A stretch of 57,931 nt of DNA from a virus. Its lineage: Duplodnaviria; Caudoviricetes. The stretch's first letter is position 1, and each line of letters opens with the position of its first letter. This document shows, piece after piece, positions 27,764 through 38,046 of the stretch. The translations under genes and the position numbers were made by a program. Where the stretch lies: positions 1 through 57,931 of IMG/VR virus record IMGVR_UViG_3300012667_000325, one strand, 5' to 3'. The notes below the pieces were generated by a model, which was not told the DNA's origin, did no database searches, and saw only the letters and a program-made list of their open reading frames with translations.

Positions 27764-29876
27764 GAATCACATGTGGGACGTCTCGGTGAGCAAAGGCCCA
27801 ACCCCACTCGACTACGCCCTCGCCTACGCAAAGCTGGGTTGGAACGTGTTGCCCGTTTGGTCGGTAGATGACCACGGTCAATGCCGCTGTGGCCGCCCTA
27901 ACCACGAGAAGGGGCATAAGGCGGGTAAGCACCCTCAATCAGACCTCGTACCCCACGGTCACCATGACGCTACGACTGACGAAGCGACCATCCGTGACTG
28001 GTGGGCCACTGACCCTGACGCCGGTATCGGCATCGAGTTGTCAACCTCAGGGCTGCTGGCGCTGGACATTGACCCGCAGAACGGCGGTGATGAGTCGCTC
28101 CGCGCGCTTGAGGCTGAGCACGGCGTGTTGCACTCCGACTGCACTGCGGTAACGCAAGGCGGCGGGGAGCATCGGCTGTTCAGCGCAGACTCAACCCTGA
28201 GCTATCCAGGAACTCTGGGCGCGGGGCTTGACCTGAAGCACCATGGTTACATCTGCGTCGCGCCCACCTCTGGCCCGTCAGGTGTTTACCAATGGGAAGC
28301 TGGGCGCTCACCGCTGAGTAAGTCCAACCCTGCTCAACCTTCACCCCTGCCGCGCCTCATCGCTAGCAAGGCTCGCGCGCCGGTTGACTACTCCCTGACT
28401 GAGCGCGGCGGTGTGCCGGTGGCTACTGCGCAGACGTTTGATGATCTACGCTCCGCGCTTGAGCACGTGGACTTTGATGACTACACCACATGGGTCAACG
28501 TGGGTATGGTGCTCAAGCCCTACGGCGAGAACGGCTACAAAGTATGGACTGAGTGGGCTGCCCGTAGTGACAAGTTTGATGCCTCAGCCCAGCGCCGTAA
28601 GTGGGAGCGCGACATCAGCGCCCCGCACTCAATCACCTACCGCTCGATCTTCCGCATGGCGATTGATAACGGTTGGAAGGGGAACAACAAGACCACAACC
28701 ACTAGCTCAACCGAACCCAAAGAAAAGCATCCGCTGTCGCTGGGTAACGCTAAGGAGAGCGGCGCGTCAACGGTCACGATGTTTGAATACATCTACGACG
28801 ACTACATGAGCACCGGCGTGAACGTGGTAGCGGGCGCTCCTGGTGTGGGTAAGACTACGCTGATTGTGCCGATGGCCTTAGCCACTGCTCACCTGTGCCC
28901 CAGTGACTACCCCCTGATGCCCAAGGTGCGCCGCAACGTCATCATCATTACCGAGTCCGTTGTGCAGGTTCAGCGCGTCATCTACTCGTTGTACTCTTGG
29001 GGTTACACCGGAATGAGTACGCACGACTTTGAGGAGCGTGTTCGGGTTATCCCCGCTCACCGCCTAGACCCCAAGGTCGTGGCCGAAGTTGCTGATGAGT
29101 ACCGTCACTGGGTGGTTGACAACGAGACCGCAGACGGGGGCGTGTTCCCTGCTCTACCCCTCGTCGTGTTTGACACCGCCAACGCCGTGTTTGACCTTGA
29201 GAATGAGAACGACAACGCTGAGGTGGGCCGTGCTATGGCCTACATCAAGCAGGCGTTCAGCGCGTTCCCGATCATCATCGTAGCCCATGCTGCCAAGATC
29301 AACGGGATGATGGAAACCGACTCGCTCTCACCTCGCGGTGCGTCAGCGTGGACAGGTGATGCGCAGGGCGTGTACACCGTCTTCAAGGACGGCGACAGCG
29401 AAGACGCTCCCCGTGTGCTCAAGGTAGCTAAGGTGCGCTTCCCTACGGCGTTCAGTGAGTTGACCTTTGACCTCGTAACGAACAAAGAGCGCCACAAAGA
29501 TGTGCTCGGGTTTGACAAGGACGTCTGGTTCAGTCACTCGGTGGCCCGCCCGCTCAAGCAGGGCGAACGCGCCCAGCTCAAGGAAGACCGCAAAGAGGCC
29601 CGCGAGCAGGACAGCTGGAACGCGATGTGTGATGAGTTGCTGGAGCTGATCCGCAAAGATCCTGGCCACTCGCGCTCACACTACGAACGCATGCCGGTGG
29701 CTAAGGGCGGGGTCAAGGCGAGCCAAGACCGCAAGGAGCGCGCTATGACGTCTATGATCAACGACGGCTCAGTCGTACGGGTTGAGCTTGAGAGCCCCAA
29801 GGGGCGCGCTAATCACTACGTGCGCGTCGACGAAGACGTGGTCAATGCAATTGAGAAAGGTAGGTTCGGAGTATGA
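27747..29876 (+). CDS. Bifunctional primase-polymerase with PriCT-like and RecA/AAA helicase domains
   Basis: ALAYAKLGWNVLP, GKHP, LDID, GGEH and YICVAPT (prim-pol); WVNVGM...WTEW (PriCT-2); GAPGVGKT, VFDT and RGASAW. Confidence 0.88.
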   Translation: MATKNKNHMWDVSVSKGPTPLDYALAYAKLGWNVLPVWSVDDHGQCRCGRPNHEKGHKAGKHPQSDLVPHGHHDATTDEATIRDWWATDPDAGIGIELSTSGLLALDIDPQNGGDESLRALEAEHGVLHSDCTAVTQGGGEHRLFSADSTLSYPGTLGAGLDLKHHGYICVAPTSGPSGVYQWEAGRSPLSKSNPAQPSPLPRLIASKARAPVDYSLTERGGVPVATAQTFDDLRSALEHVDFDDYTTWVNVGMVLKPYGENGYKVWTEWAARSDKFDASAQRRKWERDISAPHSITYRSIFRMAIDNGWKGNNKTTTTSSTEPKEKHPLSLGNAKESGASTVTMFEYIYDDYMSTGVNVVAGAPGVGKTTLIVPMALATAHLCPSDYPLMPKVRRNVIIITESVVQVQRVIYSLYSWGYTGMSTHDFEERVRVIPAHRLDPKVVAEVADEYRHWVVDNETADGGVFPALPLVVFDTANAVFDLENENDNAEVGRAMAYIKQAFSAFPIIIVAHAAKINGMMETDSLSPRGASAWTGDAQGVYTVFKDGDSEDAPRVLKVAKVRFPTAFSELTFDLVTNKERHKDVLGFDKDVWFSHSVARPLKQGERAQLKEDRKEAREQDSWNAMCDELLELIRKDPGHSRSHYERMPVAKGGVKASQDRKERAMTSMINDGSVVRVELESPKGRANHYVRVDEDVVNAIEKGRFGV

Positions 29877-31552
29877 TGGACTGGATGGACTGGCAAAAAG
29901 AACAACTCAAAGTGGCAACCGGTGTGACTGACGGTAGCCCTAAACACTATCAAGATGAAGGTATGTGTCAAGCCTGTGAGTGGGGGCAATGCACAGCCAA
30001 GGCCGGTTGTGTTGCTATCTCAAACCCGCCGCCCAAGCAAGAGCAGGGTGAGCCTGTGGCGATTCACCAATACAGCTTTAAAGAGCTTGGCAAAAAAGCG
30101 CCTTGGTATGACGGAACACAAGACCAAACAAAGTGGCCTCAGCACGTATACAACCATCGCATCGTCTACACCACACCACAACAACGCACATGGGTTGGGC
30201 TGACGCTTGATGAACGCATGGAACTTGCACAAGACGTGGATTGGGCTGCTGGCGCTTACTGCGAATATGCAGAAGCCATCGAAGCCAAACTCAAGGAGAA
30301 GAACACATGACCTGCAAACATCGTTACGAGCCGACTCTGTTCGGCATCAAGTACCGCAACCCGAAGGACTACTGGTGGTGCTGCGCCCGTTGCGGCCACA
30401 CTATTTTTGCGGCAGCTAGGAGCGAGAAATGACCACCCAGCTTGACAGCACAGGCACTACGGCGGTTGACCGGAACTATTTCTGGCAGCCCTTGAGCACA
30501 TGCCCCCGTGGCGCTAAGGTTCAGCTGCTCGGTAAGGGCGGGGTCGCAATGTACGGCACCTACACCGGAAAAGAGCAGTTCTACACGCACTGGGCACCGC
30601 TGCCTAAGCTACCAAAGGAGACCGTATGACCGAAAACCTAATCATCCATTGTGACAAGTGTGACTCAACCAACGTGTTGCACGAACAAGAGACGAGCAAA
30701 CCGGTTGACGTACATAAAAAGATGTCAGATGTGGCGAGCGGGGCTAGTAGTTTTAACACGTGCCATAGCGTGTATTACTACCGCAACTTCAAGATGATCT
30801 GCAAAGACTGCGGACACATCGTAACCTACCAAGTATAAAGAGAAGCACAATGGCTCATGAAGCAGGCAAGGGCGGTAAGCGCCGCCCGACTAACCATGAG
30901 AGCTTTAGCTCCAACTACGACCTCATCTGGGGTAAGAAGGCAACACATGACAACAGAACGCAAACCGATAGGGCTCACGGTGCCGCACCGCAGTCCGGAG
31001 CTGATAATCAAAGCGCAAGCGACGCAGATAGCCGAACTGGAAGCGCGCATCCGCCAGCTTGAACAAACAATCCGCAACCTTGACCGTGCAGCTTTAACTA
31101 GGAGAAAATGAGATGAAAGAATATGATGACGCAAGCCTCGGTAGCCCGCTCGGGTTCCCCAAGCCCAACCACACCCTGACGTTCCAAAAAGACGGCGTGG
31201 CGGTGGGCACTTTGGACTTCAACGGCCCGATCATGGAGTTCAACGGTCAGGCTGATGAGGCCGCAAAGATCTTTATTGATGCGTTGCAAAGTATGTTCAG
31301 CGCCCGCCTGAAAGAAGAGTACGAACGTGGCCTGAGGGACGGTGCAAAATGAACACTACACCCTTACCGCCCACAGATGAAGATGAGGCATTCTCGGCTA
31401 TTGAAAATGCCTCCAAACGCAAAGCCGCCCCCACCTTTGAACCTTGGTTGTGGTTGCCCGCCGGTGAGTACACTCAAGCCCAACTACAACAACTGCTTGA
31501 CAGCTTTGATGAGATGAAAAAGGCCCAGTCGGGTTTAGGGGGTGGCCACTAA
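29873..31552 (+). other. Cluster of short accessory ORFs (29873-30310, 30429-30629, 30626-30838, 31113-31352, 31349-31552 and others)
   Basis: Tightly packed co-oriented short ORFs with ATGA overlaps; no function recognised. Confidence 0.6.
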
Positions 31553-31814
31553 AGTTTTAATCGTTCGGGTAATCGTTCGGGTAATGGTTCGAACGATTAA
31601 AGCGAACGAACGATTAGGCTTTTGCCACTCTCAAAAACGATTCGATGGACGGAGGAGAGGGCGCTTCAGCCTCTCTCCGTAGTCGATCTGAATGGTTCAC
31701 AGTTTTAATCGTTCGGGTAATCGTTCGGTGACTTTTCATGGCCTCTCTGAACCCTCACGGTTACTAGGTTTTAATCGTTCGTTCGGTTACCCCTCTCGAA
31801 GAGCCGAACGATTA
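31553..31814. repeat. TAATCGTTCG iteron-like repeat field
   Basis: Eight exact copies: direct at 31558, 31570, 31706, 31718, 31772; inverted at 31590, 31607, 31805. One variant at 31582. A 28-bp direct repeat at 31553 and 31701. Confidence 0.9.
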
Positions 31815-31851
31815 ACCCACAACTCAACAAAACAGGTGTAAAATTCACGAC

Positions 31852-32460
31852 ATGACAAAAAGCAAAACTCAGTCTGCTGTGGTGAGCAAGACAAAAACAA
31901 AAGCGGCTACGGCGGTGGTCGTCAAGCGCGAACGTGAGGCCATCTTCACTGACCTGTGTGTGCTACTGGAGCAGGGGATGTCCCTTACGGAAGCCTGCAC
32001 CAAGGTGGTTGACGCACCCCTGCCTTCTAGCGTTCTGAAGTGGGTGGATGGAGATCCCGAGGGCATAGGGCAGCGTTACGCGCTCGCGCGCGAGACCGGC
32101 TACCGCCTGCTCGGAGACGAGATCAGCCGCATCAGCGCCGAGACCCACGCAATCGTCTACGTCCAGAAGCGAGACGCAGCGGGCAACCTGATGCACGATG
32201 AGCACGGTGAACCCCTGCTGGAGAAAGCCCTCGCCCCCCTGAGCGCAGACGTGATGGCGCACAAGCGGCTCATGGTGGATACGCTCAAGTGGAAGCTCTC
32301 AAAGATGCTCCCCAAGGTGTACGGCGACAAAGTGACACAGGAACACACCGGAGCGGGCGGTGGGCCAATTCAGATGGCCGCTGTCAACCTGAAGGGGCTC
32401 AGTGACGATGAGCTGGCGCAGATGCAAAAGCTGATGAGCAAAGCGGGGGAGGTTAAATGA
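31852..32460 (+). CDS. terS: Terminase small subunit
   Basis: N-terminal HTH-like segment (GMSLTEAC...SVLKWV), YALARE, and VDTLKWKLSKMLPKVYGDK signature. Confidence 0.85.
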   Translation: MTKSKTQSAVVSKTKTKAATAVVVKREREAIFTDLCVLLEQGMSLTEACTKVVDAPLPSSVLKWVDGDPEGIGQRYALARETGYRLLGDEISRISAETHAIVYVQKRDAAGNLMHDEHGEPLLEKALAPLSADVMAHKRLMVDTLKWKLSKMLPKVYGDKVTQEHTGAGGGPIQMAAVNLKGLSDDELAQMQKLMSKAGEVK

Positions 32461-33707
32461 CAACGGTTCAAGTTAACCCCCTGCACGCAACCCGCCTGCC
32501 GGACGATGTTCAATGTTATCAAATCGCGCTAGACGCCGCTTTTGCTGCCGGAGTTGCTGCTGAGCGTGAATGGTTTCTCGGCTACATACAAGAGCATCAA
32601 CCGTCTTGTGACCAAATGTCTAAAGCAATCCGAGCACGAGGTGGAGCATGACCGACACGGAACAACTACGCCGCATCGCAGTTCGGGCGGGTATCATGGG
32701 CTCACACGGTACGCAGGTGCCGATGCACAAGTTGGAGGCGTTTGCCACGTTGCTGCTCGATGAGGAGAATGAGGCGTGTGCTGAGGCTGTTGACAAATAC
32801 ATGAAGGAGACCGAAAACATGGAGGCCCGAGGATGTTTGGCGTCCGTTGCTCATGACCTTCGCGCAAGGAGGAAAGCATGAAGGTTATCAAGCAGAAGAT
32901 CAACCGCCGTGGTAAGCATGAAGTCACGGTCGAACTTGACAAAGACGAGAAGCTGATGTTGTTCAAGGATGACCGCTACTACCGCCTTGGTGGTCAGGTG
33001 GAGGATGTGGTTCAAGGTCACGTCATCACTGAATGCGAAGGTGTGTACTGGTGTAACGTGACGCAGGAGTGGCGAGCATGAAATGGCTTAACCGTAAGAT
33101 GGGGTTGTGGCTCCTTGAGGGTGACGACGGCGCGGTCATGGATGAGATCCGTCACAGTACCGCCGATGACACGTACAAGGTGGACACCACCAAGGTGCGT
33201 TACACCACGCTTGAGGCTGCTCAGACCGCAGTCCTAGCACGCATCGCGCTTGAGGGCGTGAGCGGGGGTAAGGCCACTCCGCGCCTGCCGCCGGACATGA
33301 AGAGTAAGATGTTTCAATGAGGAGTTACGTATGACCGACGCAGAGTTGCAAGAAGCGATTGACAAGGCCCGTGAGTTCATGAACCAATCGTCGTCTCCTG
33401 GAGGGCTGCTGCACAAGTCCCGTGAGCACACGCAGGTCATGCTCAAGGAGTTGGAAAAGATACAAGTCATGCGTGCTGGTATGGCCACGCAACCCACACT
33501 CGCTCAAGTAGAGACGTAATGAACGCGCAAGACATCATCATCGGACAGCTTGAGCGTGAGCGCGCCTCGCACGACATCACACGTGAAACCTTGAGGGCTA
33601 TGCAGGTTCAACTCATCCTCAAGAAGCGGGAAGAGCTTGAACGCGAGCTCCAGCTACCTTGGCACAAGCGCATGCTGTTGAACTGGATCCGTAAGGGTTT
33701 GAAATGA
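32457..33707 (+). other. Six short accessory ORFs between terS and terL
   Basis: ORFs 32457-32651, 32648-32881, 32878-33081, ~33078-33320, 33331-33519 and 33519-33707, with overlapping junctions. Confidence 0.6.
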
Positions 33708-35275
33708 ACGCACCCCTCAGCCCCGTAGTCATGCTCGAGATGATCGAGAAGGAGCAGCTCCGCCGCAGGGCGGGCGCTTCCCTGTACGAGTTCGTCAAGC
33801 AGTCATGGCACGTGGTTGAGCCAGGAATCCCGTTCATCGGGAGCTGGCACATTGAGCAGATCTGCGAGCACCTTGAGGCCGTGAGCGCCGGAGATATCAC
33901 CCGCCTGCTCATCAACATCCCGCCACGGCATTCAAAGTCGACCATCGTGTCGGTGATGTGGCCTGCGTGGGAGTGGATCGCGAAGCCGGAGGAGAAGTTC
34001 CTGTGTGCCTCGTACTCAGGTGTGCTGTCAACCCGTGACAACTTGAAGACCCGCCGCCTCATCCAGTCGCCGTGGTATCAGGAGCGTTGGGGTCACATGT
34101 TTGCCTTCGCGGGTGACCAGAACGCCAAGCAACGCTTTGAGAACGACAAGACCGGCTACCGGCTCGCCACGTCAGTGGGCGGTACTGCCACGGGTGAGGG
34201 CGGCTCGCGCCTGATCCTCGATGACCCGCACGGCGCTCAAGCCGCGCAGTCCGAGGCCATACGTGAGTCAGACCTTGAGTGGTTTGACATGGTATGGTCA
34301 ACCCGCCTGAACAACCCCAAGACCGATGCGATGGTCACCGTCATGCAGCGCCTACACGAGAAAGACGTGAGCGGCCACATCCTGCACGACATCGGCGGGT
34401 GGGAGCACATCTGCATCCCTGCTGAGTGGGACGGCGTGACCCGCAAGACCAGCATGGGCGTGTACGACCCGCGCAAGACAGTGGGCGAACTCATCTGCCC
34501 CGAACGCTTCGGTGTTGAAGAGATCACCAAGCTGAAGCAGCTGTTGGGCACTTACGGCTCAAGCGGCCAGTTGCAGCAAGACCCGACTCCGACCGAGGGC
34601 GGTATCCTGAACACCAAGGCGTTTGGCCTGTGGCCGGTCGCTAACGGCCTGCCTCAGTTTGAGTACGTCATCCAGTCCTATGACTGCGCCTTCAGTGAGA
34701 AGACCCAGAACGACCCCACGGCATTCACGGCCTATGGCGTATTCACGCACAAAGGCAAGCGCAACCTGTTGTTGCTGGATGCATGGGACGAGCACTTGAG
34801 CTACCCCGAGCTACGCAAGCGCGCTATCAGCGAGTGGGCGAGCGAGTACGGCGGCGCGGACAAGAAGCACGCATGGTCACGCCCCAAGCGGCCCGACCGT
34901 GTCCTAGTTGAAGCAAAAGCCAGCGGTCAATCATTGCTGCAGGACTTGCGCTTGGCGAATGTGCCAGCGGTGGGGTACAATCCTGGAAACGCAGACAAGA
35001 TTGCCCGCGCTCATCAGGCCTCACCCACCCTTGAGCTTGGCATCGTGTGGATACCCGAGTCGGCTAAGAACCCAGGACACCCCGTGAGTTGGGCGGCCCC
35101 GTTCCTCAAGCAGCTGACCAAGTTCCCCGTGGCCGAGCACGATGACTACGTTGACACGTTCACGCAGGTCATCATCTTCTTGAAGAATGAAGGATGGTTT
35201 GAGTTGCCCCGAGCCAAGGACATCGAAGCTGACTACCGGCCCAAGAAAGAACGAATCAACCCCTATGCCGTCTGA
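33704..35275 (+). CDS. terL: Terminase large subunit
   Basis: NIPPRHSKS Walker A, LILDDPH Walker B, VMQRLHE, QSYDCA, VEAKASG and HDDYVD nuclease motifs. Confidence 0.95.
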   Translation: MNAPLSPVVMLEMIEKEQLRRRAGASLYEFVKQSWHVVEPGIPFIGSWHIEQICEHLEAVSAGDITRLLINIPPRHSKSTIVSVMWPAWEWIAKPEEKFLCASYSGVLSTRDNLKTRRLIQSPWYQERWGHMFAFAGDQNAKQRFENDKTGYRLATSVGGTATGEGGSRLILDDPHGAQAAQSEAIRESDLEWFDMVWSTRLNNPKTDAMVTVMQRLHEKDVSGHILHDIGGWEHICIPAEWDGVTRKTSMGVYDPRKTVGELICPERFGVEEITKLKQLLGTYGSSGQLQQDPTPTEGGILNTKAFGLWPVANGLPQFEYVIQSYDCAFSEKTQNDPTAFTAYGVFTHKGKRNLLLLDAWDEHLSYPELRKRAISEWASEYGGADKKHAWSRPKRPDRVLVEAKASGQSLLQDLRLANVPAVGYNPGNADKIARAHQASPTLELGIVWIPESAKNPGHPVSWAAPFLKQLTKFPVAEHDDYVDTFTQVIIFLKNEGWFELPRAKDIEADYRPKKERINPYAV

Positions 35276-35705
35276 CGCCCCATTACTGTTCTCAGTCCCC
35301 ACATACGCCGAGACAGTGGCGCATGAGTTCTATCCAGGGCAGCTCGCCCAAGACACCCAGCAAGACGCACTGCGCCACATGTTGGCTGCTGGAACCCTCG
35401 CCCGCAAGTATGGCCCCGAGTGGGCCGAGCGGCTCGGTCGTTGGCATGAGTACAAGACGAGCCCGCTGGCTGCACTCAAGACCGCCTTCGGTGTGGGTCA
35501 GATGCCTTCAGACTACGCTCAGGACCTGCATAACAACGCCCTAGGGGTTGGCCTAGCACAACGCGCAAAGTCTCAGGAAGAGTTAGAAATGATGGCCGCT
35601 GAGCTGGCTGAGCAGGCAAAGACAAAGAAGACCTCGGGCTTGCCGTGGATCAACAAAGCCGTGGGCGGTCTCGTCCAGTACAAGGAGTGTAACTGTGGCC
35701 GATAA
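35265..35705 (+). CDS. Hypothetical protein (DALRH...HE...DLHNNALG helical domain)
   Basis: Conserved-looking His/Asp motifs and a C-terminal KAVGGLV. Probable start is ATG 35265. Confidence 0.6.
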   Translation: MPSDAPLLFSVPTYAETVAHEFYPGQLAQDTQQDALRHMLAAGTLARKYGPEWAERLGRWHEYKTSPLAALKTAFGVGQMPSDYAQDLHNNALGVGLAQRAKSQEELEMMAAELAEQAKTKKTSGLPWINKAVGGLVQYKECNCGR

Positions 35706-38046
35706 CGACAACCACCCCTACGTAGGCTACCGCTCGGCGGGCCGCCGTCCTGAGTCACGCAACGACCGCACTGCCGCCGCTAACGCCCCGCTTAATGTGT
35801 TGCGTGGATGGGCCGCTGGTACGCTCGGCCTGCCAGGAGACGTAGAGAGCCTAGTGCGGATGCTTCCTGGCATCAACAGCAAGAACGTCCTGCCCAACAC
35901 CGAGTACTTTGAAGAGCGCCTGCCCCTGCGTGACATGAGCCCAACGGGGCGCGCGTTTACGGGACTGGGAACGCTCACTGGTGGCGCGGGTGTAGCTACA
36001 GGTGCGAAGGCTGCTTCTCGTGGTGCTCAGGCGCTTGCTCCGGCAGCGGGAGCGTTGGCAATGCGAGCCGCAGAGTTGAGCGGTGCGCCGGTGTACGGTA
36101 TGGGCGTTATCAAGCCCAAGGGCGGTAACTGGCTTGCCAACTCGGTGGAAGGTTTGACCCGAGATTTGAAGAAGGCTAACATCCCTGACCCTGAGTTGCT
36201 CCGTATACACCAAGAACTCGGACTAGGTGTTGATGAGCCCGCTTTGGCGGCTAATGACGCACTCAGAAAATGGGTAGACCAGAAGCTCGGCAGCTACGTT
36301 AAGAACGAGATGGCGACTCCGCAAGATCCCGTGCGCTTGATGCTTGAAGAATGGCCCGCTAAGCGTGACGCCCAACTCGCTACCAAGCAAGCGAAGATTG
36401 ATCGTCTGCTCGCTAAGCGTGAGACCGCTGACCCCCGCGCTTACCCGATGATCGACCGAGACATTGACGAAGTACGTGGTGAGATGACCGCCCTGTCAAA
36501 GAAGAGCGTGATCCACTTACCCACCGGTGACTTAGAGCAAGGTACAGGTTGGATGCCTGAGAGCCTAGCCAACTCACGTATGCGTGCCGGTTTCCCCGTT
36601 CACGGCGTGGCTGAGGCTCCTGCGGCTAAAGGTTGGGAGGCCTCGGCTGATGCGTTCATCAACGCAGCGCCCGCTAGCGAACACACCCGACCGCTGACCG
36701 CTTCTGAGGTCCGCCAAGGTTTAGGCTCAACGGTTGATGACAACCCTTGGTTGCTCAAGGTTCCGCCCGAGACTCCGGTCTACTACCCTGAGTTCGGCAA
36801 GTTTGGCGACTCAGACATGGGTTTCCCGCACGTTCTTGACGAACTCCGCAACGCTGTGAACCCTGCTTCCGGCCTGCCTGAAAACTTGCTTTGGAAGTAC
36901 CAAGACCTTGACAAAGTCACAGTGCCTCAAGCCTTGCAGCGTGTGGGTGAGATCAACGACTGGCGCGCTGCGCAAAAGTTTGCAGAAGACCAAGCCCGCG
37001 CCAATAACGCCGCTACCGTCCTGCACAAAGACTTCCCTGACTCATCCTACAAGTGGGTTGAGTTGGCCCCGAGCAAAGAGCCTAAAACGTACACCGCTGA
37101 GTCCTTACCCAGTGGGTTTGAACTCACTAAAGACCGTGACGGCTACTACCAAGTCTTGAACCGAAACGTGGGTGAAGTGCCTACGACCGATAGCTTCTCC
37201 CGTGACCCTGAGCAGGCGATAAGCAAGTTCAACAACTGGGTCAAGAGCGCCAACCGAGACTTTGACCTTGAGCGCGCCCTCAAGTACGAAGGCGAGACCA
37301 TGGGTCACTGCGTCGGGGGTTACTGCCCAGACGTGATGTCTGGTAAGTCGCGCATCTTCAGCTTGCGCAACAAGAACACCGGTGAGCCGCACGTGACTGT
37401 TGAGACGCGTCCAGGATTGAAGATTGACCGAGACCCGATGGAGTTTGCGCAGTGGTTAGAGTCGCCCGAAGGCGCTAAGCTGCTTGAAAAACATCCTACC
37501 GCCGTTGAAGACTTCATGATCGGGGAAGAAGAGGGTCTACGCTCGGTGGCTCCTGAGTTGTTCACCAAGCCTTCTGACATCGTGCAGATCAAAGGTAAAG
37601 GTAACCTCAAACCTAAGGAAGACTACCTACCTTACGTTCAGGACTTTGTCAAATCAGGTAAGTGGTCAAGCGTGGGAGACCTTGAGAACTCAGGTTTACG
37701 TAAAATTGATCCGTCGTCTGACCTAGGGGTTCGGATTAAAGAGGCTGGTGTGGAAGTTGCACCGTATGTTACTGAATCTGAACTGACAGATTTGCTAAAC
37801 CGACACGGTAGAACTTCTTTACCTTCTTCTACGGAAGGCTTCGCCGATGGCGGCCTAGTCGAGCCCCCGCTGCCCGCTGCTGAGTTCAGCCCGTTGGAGA
37901 TGGACTACATCATCGGCAACGTGATGTCGGGGCAGCATGAACCGGCGTATGCGGAAGGCGGGATTGTTGAAAGCACGCACATTCCGTATGATGAAGCTAA
38001 AATTTCCAGTCTGGTGAATGCGCTACGCGAGGAACTACATGCCTGA
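35695..38046 (+). CDS. Large multidomain protein with PcfJ-like domain
   Basis: LKYEGETMGHCVGGY...RIFSLR...HVTVE...QIKGKGN is PcfJ-like. C-terminal FADGG and YAEGG. Confidence 0.7.
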   Translation: MADNDNHPYVGYRSAGRRPESRNDRTAAANAPLNVLRGWAAGTLGLPGDVESLVRMLPGINSKNVLPNTEYFEERLPLRDMSPTGRAFTGLGTLTGGAGVATGAKAASRGAQALAPAAGALAMRAAELSGAPVYGMGVIKPKGGNWLANSVEGLTRDLKKANIPDPELLRIHQELGLGVDEPALAANDALRKWVDQKLGSYVKNEMATPQDPVRLMLEEWPAKRDAQLATKQAKIDRLLAKRETADPRAYPMIDRDIDEVRGEMTALSKKSVIHLPTGDLEQGTGWMPESLANSRMRAGFPVHGVAEAPAAKGWEASADAFINAAPASEHTRPLTASEVRQGLGSTVDDNPWLLKVPPETPVYYPEFGKFGDSDMGFPHVLDELRNAVNPASGLPENLLWKYQDLDKVTVPQALQRVGEINDWRAAQKFAEDQARANNAATVLHKDFPDSSYKWVELAPSKEPKTYTAESLPSGFELTKDRDGYYQVLNRNVGEVPTTDSFSRDPEQAISKFNNWVKSANRDFDLERALKYEGETMGHCVGGYCPDVMSGKSRIFSLRNKNTGEPHVTVETRPGLKIDRDPMEFAQWLESPEGAKLLEKHPTAVEDFMIGEEEGLRSVAPELFTKPSDIVQIKGKGNLKPKEDYLPYVQDFVKSGKWSSVGDLENSGLRKIDPSSDLGVRIKEAGVEVAPYVTESELTDLLNRHGRTSLPSSTEGFADGGLVEPPLPAAEFSPLEMDYIIGNVMSGQHEPAYAEGGIVESTHIPYDEAKISSLVNALREELHA

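Noticed and set aside
31553-31814. Possible mini-CRISPR array
   Set aside because: The repeats are 10-12 bp, in both orientations and irregularly spaced, with no repeat-spacer periodicity.
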